Below, one piece after another: positions 57,036 to 64,000 of a DNA stretch of 64,000 nucleotides (its first letter is position 1; each line of letters opens with the position of its first letter). The notes beneath the pieces were generated by a model that made no database searches, was not told the DNA's origin, and saw only the letters and a list, made by a program, of their open reading frames with translations. Where the stretch lies: the NCBI GenBank assembly GCA_963817465.1, contig CAWFOP010000007.1, forward strand, positions 302,856 through 366,855. The letters run 5' to 3'. This DNA is from an uncultured Acidobacteriota bacterium (GTDB lineage Bacteria > Acidobacteriota > Terriglobia > Bryobacterales > UBA6623). A program made the translations under genes and the position numbers.

Positions 57036-59936
57036 TCAGTAGCGGGTGATGAACTCGTGCTTGTTGAGCAGGGCGCGGGCGACAGTCGTCCAGCGCGTCA
57101 GCTCGTCCTTGTCGAGATTCCCGGGAGCTTTCCAGAAGCCCACCGTCAACAGCTCCTCGCCTGCCGTCGTCGAGTCGAGCAACTCAGTCAGAACGGCCTT
57201 TTCTTCCTCGGTCCCTTTGCGGTCGAACGCTTCGCGGAAGGCGAAATCGAGCCTCTCGTTCGTCCCCCTCCCGCCTTCCTGAATGATGCGGACGGCGAAC
57301 GCCCGCGCCGCTTCCACGTAAGTCGGATCGTTGAGCAGCGTCAGCGACTGCAGCGGCGTGTTCGACACCGACCTATCGGCCGTGCACTCCTCGCGGGAGG
57401 GCGCGTCGAATGCCATTAGTGACGGGTGGAGGTACGTACGCTGCCAGTGCGTGTAGAGGCCGCGGCGCCACTGATTCTTGTCGTGGTCGGGCTCGTAGCG
57501 GCGCCTGGGGAAGTTGAGCTCTTGGTAGTAGTCCTTGGGCTGGTACGGTTTGACGCTGGGACCGCCCATCGTCGGGTTGAGCAGGCCGCTGACCTCGAGG
57601 GCGGCGTCGCGCACGAACTCAGCCTCGATGCGCTTGGGCGACTGCCGCGCATGGTAGCGGTTGTAGGGGTCGGCCTCGAGCAGCGCGGGAGTAGGCTCGC
57701 TCGAGCGGCGGTAGGCGTCGGTGAGCAGCATTGTCCGGACGACGTGCTTGACATCCCAGCCGCTCTCCATGAACTCGACCGCCAGCCAGTCCAACACGTC
57801 TTGGTGCAGCGGCGTCTCGCCCTGCGAGCCGAGGTCGTTGAGGGTCTTCGAAAGGCCCGTACCAAAGAACATCGCCCACATCCGATTGACGAAAACGCGC
57901 GCGGTCAGCGGGTTTTTCTTACTGGTGAGCCAAGCCGCCAAGTCGAGGCGCGAAAGGCGCTTGCCGTCGGCGGGAATCGTGTCGAGGAAATGCGGCGCCT
58001 GCGGCTCGACGATTTCGCCGCTTTCGTCCATCCAGTTGCCGCGCCCCAGCACGCGGATGACGCGAGGTTCGTCGCGCGCCTCCGTCACCAGACACTCGTC
58101 GGCGTGATCGTAAAGCGACTTCCGCTGGCGCTCGAGTCCGCGGATCTCGCGCCAATGCGGATTGGCCGCGGTCCACTTGTCGAACGACGGCTCGCCCTCG
58201 ATCGGCAATTCGGGGAACGCGGCGTCGCTCACCGAGAAGCGCAGCCGGCCGGGGATGCGCTTGCTGGGTCTGCCCTCGGAGGCGATCATGATCTCCAGAT
58301 CGCGCGCCGTGACCGGTTTGTCGAAAACGAACACCGCGCGGCGCACGCCTTCGGTCGCGGGCTCGCCGCGCCAGCCGGTGTGCGTGTTGGCGTCGGCGGT
58401 CATGTAGAGCGCGGCTTCGGGGTCTTCGCGGTCGGGGACGAACGACGCGAAGTTGACCTCGCGTCCGGCGGCGCGAAGCCCGACCTCGCTGAGCTCGAAC
58501 TTCTCGTAGCCTTCGCCCTCGTAGGGCAGCACCTCGATCATCAGCGCCGTCGCCGCCTTGAAAGGCTGCGGCGCGTCGACGCGCACGATCGCCTTGTTGG
58601 CTTTCTTCTCGGGGTCGAGGTCGCGGGCGGAAACAATCTCGCCCTGGACGTCGAAGTCGATGCGGTCGCAGTCGTTGAAGTCCGGGTCGCCGCAGTCGTC
58701 CCACGCCTTCGTCGGCTCGAGCGTTCGCCAAGCTCCGGCGTTGGCATGCAGGTACTTGTCGAGGGCCTTCCGGTTCTTTGTGTTGTCCGCGAGCTCGCCG
58801 TCTCCCTTCCGAAGCTGGGCGAGTCGCCCGTCGATCGCGCCGACTTGCCGCTTCGCCTCGCGTGTCAACACGCGAGCGGTCGGGCCCCACTTCGCGCGGC
58901 CGTTGTAGACGCCTTCCTCGGTGACATCGGCGAAGAACGCCGCCATCTCATAAAAGTCCTTCTGGGCGAAGGGATCGAACTTGTGGTCGTGGCACTCGGC
59001 GCAGCCGAGCGTCGAGCCGAGCCAGGCGGTCGCAATGGTGCGAACACGGTCGGCGGCGTAGCGCACCAGATACTCCTTCTCTTGCGCGCCGCCTTCATTG
59101 GTCATGCGGCCGAGGCGGTTGAAGGCGCTGGCGACCACTTGCTGGTCGCTGGCGTGGGGGATCAGGTCGCCCGCGATCTGCTCCTTCGTAAACTCGTCGA
59201 ACGGCATGTTTTCGTTGAACGCGCGGATGACGTAGTCGCGGAAGGGGTAGACGTTGATCGAGACGTCGCTGTGGTAGCCGACCGAATCCGCATAGCGCAC
59301 CAGATCGAGCCAGTTCACGGCCATGCGCTCGCCGTATTCCGGAGAGGCCAGCATGCGGTCGACGAGCTTTTCGTAAGCGTTGGGGGACTGGTCGTTGACG
59401 AAGGCGTCGACCTGGTCGGGCGTCGGCGGCAGGCCGCGCAGGTCGAAGCTGAGGCGGCGGACGAGCGTGCGGCGATCGGCCTCTGCCACGGGCTCGAGGC
59501 CCTTGGCCTTCATGCTCTTACCGAGCAAAGAGTCGATGCCGGCGGGGCCGGCGGGCGACTTGGGGCGTTCGGGCGCGATGTAAGCCCAGTGGCCCTCATA
59601 TTTCGCCCCTTGCTTGATCCACTGCTCGAGCAGCGTCTTTTGCTGCTGGGTGAGCGTCTTGTTGGCGAACTCGGGCGGCATCTTCGTCGCGTCGGTCGCG
59701 TTGATGCGCTTGACGAGCTTGCTGTCGGCGGGTGCGCCCGGCGCGATGGCGCCCTTGGCCACGGCGATTTCGCGCTGGTCGAGGCGCAAATCGGCCAAGC
59801 GCGAGTCCTTGTCGGGCCCGTGGCATTGGTAGCAGTTCTCCGACAGGATCGGTCGGATGTCCCGATTGAAGCGGATGTCCTGGGCTGGGAGAAACCCCGC
59901 AAGAAGAACCAAGGCGAAAAGGAAGCGAGCGGCCAT
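57036..59936 (-). CDS. PSCyt1/DUF1549/DUF1553 (planctomycete-cytochrome-C-domain) protein
   Basis: Signal peptide. FNRDIRPILSENCYQCHGPDK (CxxCH heme motif). A long DUF1549/DUF1553-type body. Confidence 0.85.
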   Translation of the reverse strand: MAARFLFALVLLAGFLPAQDIRFNRDIRPILSENCYQCHGPDKDSRLADLRLDQREIAVAKGAIAPGAPADSKLVKRINATDATKMPPEFANKTLTQQQKTLLEQWIKQGAKYEGHWAYIAPERPKSPAGPAGIDSLLGKSMKAKGLEPVAEADRRTLVRRLSFDLRGLPPTPDQVDAFVNDQSPNAYEKLVDRMLASPEYGERMAVNWLDLVRYADSVGYHSDVSINVYPFRDYVIRAFNENMPFDEFTKEQIAGDLIPHASDQQVVASAFNRLGRMTNEGGAQEKEYLVRYAADRVRTIATAWLGSTLGCAECHDHKFDPFAQKDFYEMAAFFADVTEEGVYNGRAKWGPTARVLTREAKRQVGAIDGRLAQLRKGDGELADNTKNRKALDKYLHANAGAWRTLEPTKAWDDCGDPDFNDCDRIDFDVQGEIVSARDLDPEKKANKAIVRVDAPQPFKAATALMIEVLPYEGEGYEKFELSEVGLRAAGREVNFASFVPDREDPEAALYMTADANTHTGWRGEPATEGVRRAVFVFDKPVTARDLEIMIASEGRPSKRIPGRLRFSVSDAAFPELPIEGEPSFDKWTAANPHWREIRGLERQRKSLYDHADECLVTEARDEPRVIRVLGRGNWMDESGEIVEPQAPHFLDTIPADGKRLSRLDLAAWLTSKKNPLTARVFVNRMWAMFFGTGLSKTLNDLGSQGETPLHQDVLDWLAVEFMESGWDVKHVVRTMLLTDAYRRSSEPTPALLEADPYNRYHARQSPKRIEAEFVRDAALEVSGLLNPTMGGPSVKPYQPKDYYQELNFPRRRYEPDHDKNQWRRGLYTHWQRTYLHPSLMAFDAPSREECTADRSVSNTPLQSLTLLNDPTYVEAARAFAVRIIQEGGRGTNERLDFAFREAFDRKGTEEEKAVLTELLDSTTAGEELLTVGFWKAPGNLDKDELTRWTTVARALLNKHEFITRY

Positions 59937-60010
59937 ACCGCCCCTTAGTTTAGTGCCAACGCGGTCGGCGTCTGCGATGCCTCGGTCGCGGACCTGCTAG
60001 ATTGTTCCCG

Positions 60011-60931
60011 ATGAGAGTTGATCGCCGTCGATTTTTCGCCTTGGCCGGAGCGGGAGCGCTGGCCGCTTGTTCAGGGAGCGAGGAACAGCCCGCGGCCGAG
60101 GCGCCGCCGGAAGCCGCGGCGACCTTCTCGAAGCCCATCGGCGCACAGCTCTATACCCTGCGCAGCATTCTGCCCGACAACCCGGGGCAGATCCTCAAGA
60201 ACCTCGCGGCCATCGGCTACACCGAAGTCGAGGTGCTGCAGGACGGCTGGGACGACATGGCGCCGCTGGTCAAGGATGCGGGCCTCAAACCCGTGAGCAT
60301 GCACGTCAGGCCAGGCGTGGTGACGGGCGATTTCGGCAAGGAAAAACGCATGTCGCACGACACGGCTGCATCGGCCGCGGAGTGGGCGGCGGGCTTCGGC
60401 ATCGAGTGGTTTGTAATGCCCTACGTGCCGGACGATCAGCGCGGGACGACGGCTGACGATTTCAAAAAGTTGACGGCGAAGCTAAATGCCGCCGCCGAGG
60501 CCGCCAAGGCCGCGGGCTTGAAGTTCGCCTATCACAATCACGCCTTCGAGTTCGGTCCGCTGGGAGACACGACGCGGTTCGAGATTTTGATGTCTGAAAC
60601 CGACGCGGACCTGGTGAAGCTCGAGTTGGACGTGTTCTGGGCGAAACTGGCGGGTCACGATCCGGCGCAGCTCATTCGCGATCTCAACGGCCGCGCGGCG
60701 TTGCTTCACCTCAAGGACCTCGCGCCGGGGACCGAGACGCAGTACAAGGAAGGCGCGCCGAAGGAGTGGTTCAAGGAAGTCGGTAACGGCGTGATCGATT
60801 TCAAGGCCGTGCTCCAAGCGGCGGAGCAGAACAACGTCGCGCACTACTTCGTCGAGCAGGATCAGACGCCCGGCGACCCGCTCGACAGCTTGCGGCAAAG
60901 CTACGCGTACCTGCGCTCCGTGGAGGTTTGA
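60011..60931 (+). CDS. Tat-exported sugar phosphate isomerase/epimerase (xylose-isomerase-like TIM barrel)
   Basis: MRVDRRRFFALAGAGALAAC is a twin-arginine signal. ..FAYHNHAFEF.., ..LHLKD.., ..HYFVEQD.. are TIM-barrel metal-site motifs. Confidence 0.75.
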   Translation: MRVDRRRFFALAGAGALAACSGSEEQPAAEAPPEAAATFSKPIGAQLYTLRSILPDNPGQILKNLAAIGYTEVEVLQDGWDDMAPLVKDAGLKPVSMHVRPGVVTGDFGKEKRMSHDTAASAAEWAAGFGIEWFVMPYVPDDQRGTTADDFKKLTAKLNAAAEAAKAAGLKFAYHNHAFEFGPLGDTTRFEILMSETDADLVKLELDVFWAKLAGHDPAQLIRDLNGRAALLHLKDLAPGTETQYKEGAPKEWFKEVGNGVIDFKAVLQAAEQNNVAHYFVEQDQTPGDPLDSLRQSYAYLRSVEV

Positions 60932-60946
60932 TCCCGATGCTTCGTC

Positions 60947-61609
60947 TTGCTCGTGATCGTCGCAGTGTCTGTAGTCGGGCTGCTCTCCGCGCAGCTCGCC
61001 GAGAAGGCGAATGAGGGCTATCGCACCGAACAGGGCCGCGAGAATGTCGCGCGCGGCCTCGACAACCCGGACCGGGTGAAGGAGCAGAAGCCGCGCGCGT
61101 TGCTGAAGGAAATCGGGCTCCGCAAGGGCGACACGGTGGCGGACATCGGCACGGGCGTCGGCTTCATGATTCCGTTCTTTCTCGAAGTAGTCGGCCCTCA
61201 AGGGAAAGTGCTGGCCGAAGACATTCAGCAGGACTTTCTCGACAAGGTCATCGCGAAGAAAAAGGAAGAAGGCTGGACCAATGTCGAGACGGTCCTGGGC
61301 GGTCAGACAGACCCGAAGCTGCCGGCGGGGTCGGTCGATCTGGCGTTCATTCTCGACGCGTACCACCACTTCGAGAAGCCGGTCGAGACGCTGAAGGCGA
61401 TTCGCGCCTCGCTGAAACCGGGCGGGCGGCTGGCTTTGGTCGACTTTTATCGGTTCCGCACGCGGGAAGGCCGCTCGGCCGAGTGGACGCGGAATCACAT
61501 TCGCGCCGACCGCGATGAGTTCCGCGCGGAAGTCGAGCAAGCCGGCTTCACGTTCGAGCGGACGTTCGACCACTTGCCGTATCAATACGTACTGCTGTTC
61601 AAGAAGTAG
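60947..61609 (+). CDS. class I SAM-dependent methyltransferase; 5' end possibly frame-broken
   Basis: VADIGTGVGFMIPFF (motif I) and LKPGGRLALVDF. A better-placed ATG at 60937 (GGAGG 11 nt upstream) lies in another frame. Confidence 0.7.
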   Translation: MLVIVAVSVVGLLSAQLAEKANEGYRTEQGRENVARGLDNPDRVKEQKPRALLKEIGLRKGDTVADIGTGVGFMIPFFLEVVGPQGKVLAEDIQQDFLDKVIAKKKEEGWTNVETVLGGQTDPKLPAGSVDLAFILDAYHHFEKPVETLKAIRASLKPGGRLALVDFYRFRTREGRSAEWTRNHIRADRDEFRAEVEQAGFTFERTFDHLPYQYVLLFKK

Positions 61610-61618
61610 CGCCGACGC

Positions 61619-62443
61619 TCAACTTTGGGCGAAGGCCAGCAGATCGGCGTTGAGGCGCTCCTTGTGGGTAGCCGCCAAACCGTGCGGGCCGCCTTCGTAG
61701 ACCTTCAAAGTGGCGTTTGGGACGAGCTTTGCCGAGGCCCGGCCCGCAGCGTCGATTGGGACGATCTGGTCGTCGTCGCCATGCACGATCAGGGTCGGGA
61801 CGTTGAACTTCTTGAGATCCTCGGTGAAGTCCGTTTCCGAGAAAGCCTTGATGCAGTCATAGGCGCTCTTGTGGCCGGACAGGATGCTTTGAAGCCAGAA
61901 CGACTCCATCACGCCGCTCGAGGGTTTGGAGCCCGGCCGGTTGTAGCCGAAGAAAGGTCCGCTGGCTAGGTCCTTGTAGAATTGCGAACGGTCGGCGAGG
62001 GAAGCGGTGCGCAGCTCATCGAACACTTCGATCGGCAACCCCACGGGGTTCGCGTCGGTCTTGAGCATGAGGGGCGGAACCGAGGAGACAAGCGCGGCTT
62101 TGGCGAGGCGCTTGCCGCCATGCCGCCCGATGTAACGCGCGACCTCGCCGCCGCCGGTTGAGTGCCCGATGAGGATGGCGTCCTTCAAGTCGAGCGCGTC
62201 GAACAACCCGGCGAGATCATCAGCGTAGGTATCCATCTCGTTGCCGTCCCACGTTTGGGTCGAACGGCCATGGCCGCGGCGATCGTGCGCGATCGTCCGA
62301 AAGCCGTGGAACGACAGATGCAGCATCTGCGCCTCCCAAGCGTCGGCGGTCAGGGGCCAGCCGTGGCTGAATACGACCGGTTGGCCGCTTCCCCAATCCT
62401 TGTAGTAAATCTGTGCGCCGTCTTTTGCCGTGATGTATGGCAT
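61619..62443 (-). CDS. alpha/beta hydrolase (non-heme haloperoxidase/arylesterase-like)
   Basis: [31 protein letters not shown].., GHSTGGG nucleophile elbow, ..[11 protein letters not shown].. Confidence 0.85.
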   Translation of the reverse strand: MPYITAKDGAQIYYKDWGSGQPVVFSHGWPLTADAWEAQMLHLSFHGFRTIAHDRRGHGRSTQTWDGNEMDTYADDLAGLFDALDLKDAILIGHSTGGGEVARYIGRHGGKRLAKAALVSSVPPLMLKTDANPVGLPIEVFDELRTASLADRSQFYKDLASGPFFGYNRPGSKPSSGVMESFWLQSILSGHKSAYDCIKAFSETDFTEDLKKFNVPTLIVHGDDDQIVPIDAAGRASAKLVPNATLKVYEGGPHGLAATHKERLNADLLAFAQS

Positions 62444-62498
62444 GGGGTTCTCCGCCAGTTTAATTTTAGGTCGGAGCTCGAGATGGAAGCATACGCCG

Positions 62499-62751
62499 GA
62501 GTTCTCTGCATTTGCGCCGGGCTTGAAAACGCTGGCCGATGCAGTAGCCGTTCGCAACCGGCTGATTGCCGCTTTCGAAACCGCCGAGGCGGAAGAGCGC
62601 CCGGCGGATCGCCTCGATTTGCTCACGTTCGTTCTCATCGGCGCCGGGCCGACAGGCGTCGAGAATGGCCGGCGCTCTTGCCGTATTCATTCGCTCGACG
62701 ATTGCGTCCGTGGTCGGCAAGGGGTTCGCAGCGTTGCAAACGAGAACGTGA
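62499..62751 (+). pseudogene. fragment of a type-II NADH dehydrogenase (NDH-2), internally frameshifted
   Basis: [51 protein letters not shown] is the region around the second dinucleotide fold of NDH-2. It continues in another frame (MAGALA..). The N-terminal third is missing; that space is occupied by the opposite-strand hydrolase. Confidence 0.45.
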
Positions 62752-62830
62752 AGATGAGTGGGCGGCTTGCCTGGCTGATCGTCGCGCGCAGTCAGTGGAA
62801 GAAGAGCTTTGGCGCCCTCGAGCGCCCACG

Positions 62831-63277
62831 TCAGACCGCGAGCGGCGGCAAGCGGGCGAGGCCAAGCCAGAATTCTTCCACTCGACGCAGGACATCGGTG
62901 AAACGATCCAGGCCCAGCGGCTTGGCGACGTAGCAGTTGGCGTGGAGCCCGTACGCTCGATAGATGTCCTCTTGTGCGCGGGAGGTCGTAAGAACCACGA
63001 CGGGGATTCTTTTCGTCGCGTCGTCCCGCTTGATCTGCTCCAAGACATCCTGCCCGCTCATACCCGGCAGGTTGAGGTCGAGCAGGATCAGGTTCGGGAG
63101 GACAGCGCCATGGAACGGCTCCTGCCGGCGCAACAGTTTCAGGGCGTCCTCGCCCGTCCCGACGACTTGGAGATGATGCATCGTTTTCGTTTCCGACAGC
63201 GCTTCGCGCGTCATCAGGACGTCGGTCTGGCTGTCTTCGACCAGAAGGATCTCAGTCTGGGTCCCATTCGGCCTCAT
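62831..63277 (-). CDS. single-domain response regulator (CheY-like receiver)
   Basis: ILLVEDSQTD.., LILLDLNLPGMSG, ..VVVLTTS.., ..YVAKP. Confidence 0.85.
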   Translation of the reverse strand: MRPNGTQTEILLVEDSQTDVLMTREALSETKTMHHLQVVGTGEDALKLLRRQEPFHGAVLPNLILLDLNLPGMSGQDVLEQIKRDDATKRIPVVVLTTSRAQEDIYRAYGLHANCYVAKPLGLDRFTDVLRRVEEFWLGLARLPPLAV

Positions 63278-64000
63278 ATTCCTGCTTATCGGCGATCGTG
63301 AAGAAAAATGTTGATCCTTCATCAGGTTCCGAATCGACCCAAATCTTGCCTCCGTGGCGTTCGACGATCTTTTTGCACGCGGCAAGGCCGATGCCGGTTC
63401 CGGAATACTCCGCGCGCGGATTCAGACGTTTGAAGATCTGGAAAACCCGCTCAAAGTGACTCGGCTCGATTCCGATGCCGTTGTCGCGCACCGCGAAGCG
63501 CCAGCCGGCGCCGCCCTCCGCGGAGCCAGCCCGATCCAACCGCTCGGCCGACACCAGAACTCGAGGCGCCTCCGGACCGCGGAACTTGATTGCGTTCGCC
63601 ACCAGATTCTGGAACAGTTGCCGCAGTTGCAGCGGGTCTCCGACTAGCTGGGGCAGATCCTCGAAGACAACCCGGGCGCCGCTCTCTTGAATCGCCGTCC
63701 GCAGCGCGGCGCAAACCTCCGTCAGCAGCTCACCGCAGTCGAGGAGTTGCAAGCGATTCCGGCGGTTGAGGCGCGAATACTCCAGGAGGTCCTGAATCAA
63801 GTTGCGCATCCGCTCCAGGTTGTCGACGGCGTGGCCGATAAACTCGTCGGCGCGGGCGTCGATGCGTCCGGAGTAGCGCTTCCGCAAGAGCTCGACGCAG
63901 CCGGCTACACCTCGTAAAGGCTCCTGCAGGTCGTGGGAGGCTAAGTAGGCGAACTCTTCCAGAGCGGCGTTGGAGCGGCTGAGCTCCTTGGTCCTGCGGA
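63252..64000 (-). CDS. sensor histidine kinase, 5' end outside the window
   Basis: H-box FAYLASHDLQEPL (read from 63888-64000). N box QNLVANAIKF. G1 box DNGIGI. G2 box GTGIGLAACKKIVERHGG. Confidence 0.85.
   Translation of the reverse strand, partial: RRTKELSRSNAALEEFAYLASHDLQEPLRGVAGCVELLRKRYSGRIDARADEFIGHAVDNLERMRNLIQDLLEYSRLNRRNRLQLLDCGELLTEVCAALRTAIQESGARVVFEDLPQLVGDPLQLRQLFQNLVANAIKFRGPEAPRVLVSAERLDRAGSAEGGAGWRFAVRDNGIGIEPSHFERVFQIFKRLNPRAEYSGTGIGLAACKKIVERHGGKIWVDSEPDEGSTFFFTIADKQEYEAEWDPD

Noticed and set aside
57426-59948. 840-aa + strand ORF
   Set aside because: Antisense to the PSCyt/DUF1549/DUF1553 gene. No motifs, with the typical R/A/G/V-rich shadow composition.
60482-61585. 367-aa minus-strand ORF
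   Set aside because: It spans two well-supported + strand genes (the TIM-barrel isomerase and the methyltransferase) and has no motifs.

Overview
High-GC bacterial chromosome segment. The gene content points to Acidobacteriota of the Solibacter/Bryobacter type: a VWFA-related acidobacterial domain protein, a 'Soli_cterm'-type secreted protein, a PSCyt/DUF1549/DUF1553 protein, and many proteins ending in a hydrophobic stretch plus an Arg tail. All product calls come from motifs read in the supplied translations; no database search was possible.

Layout:
- 1-10.5 kb: housekeeping and envelope genes (Ser/Thr kinase, VWA protein, an ArsR/DUF1801/SRPBCC/DoxX cluster, a DAC-domain protein, and a SYLF and OmpA pair).
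- 10.8-18.3 kb: a PAS/AAA+ sigma54 enhancer-binding protein (EBP), flanked by very small membrane proteins, stress-type proteins and an ECF sigma factor.
- 18.4-20.1 kb: malic enzyme.
- 20.8-33.7 kb: a glycosyltransferase/glycoside-hydrolase island containing two GT4-GH130 pairs and a PIG-L/GT4/GH operon. A truncated sigma-factor paralog lies at its left edge (20834-20950). A tRNA-3'-end-like fragment (24701-24723) sits inside it, between its two divergent operons.
- 33.7-51 kb: one long minus-strand string, in transcription order glgP, HAD, ackA, DUF3309, P1B-type ATPase, phosphoketolase, PPK2 and a complete N-ATPase operon (atpDCQRBEFAG).
- 51-64 kb: mixed genes (rluB, rhomboid, PfkB kinase, PSCyt protein, TIM-barrel isomerase, methyltransferase, alpha/beta hydrolase, and a response regulator/histidine kinase pair).

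Main hunt result: there are five perfect TGAC[CG]-N6-[CG]GTCA dyads. Each has an imperfect second copy exactly 18 bp away. Each lies 67-229 bp upstream of a TGG-N10-GC (-24/-12) element. Two of the five flank the EBP gene itself. This looks like a previously undefined sigma54 regulon of small membrane, general-stress and envelope proteins.

Second theme: at least six indel-type reading-frame breaks, one at a G6 run in atpA, and four gene relics. These indicate either real gene decay or unpolished assembly.

No rRNA gene, complete tRNA, CRISPR array, transposase or integrase was seen.
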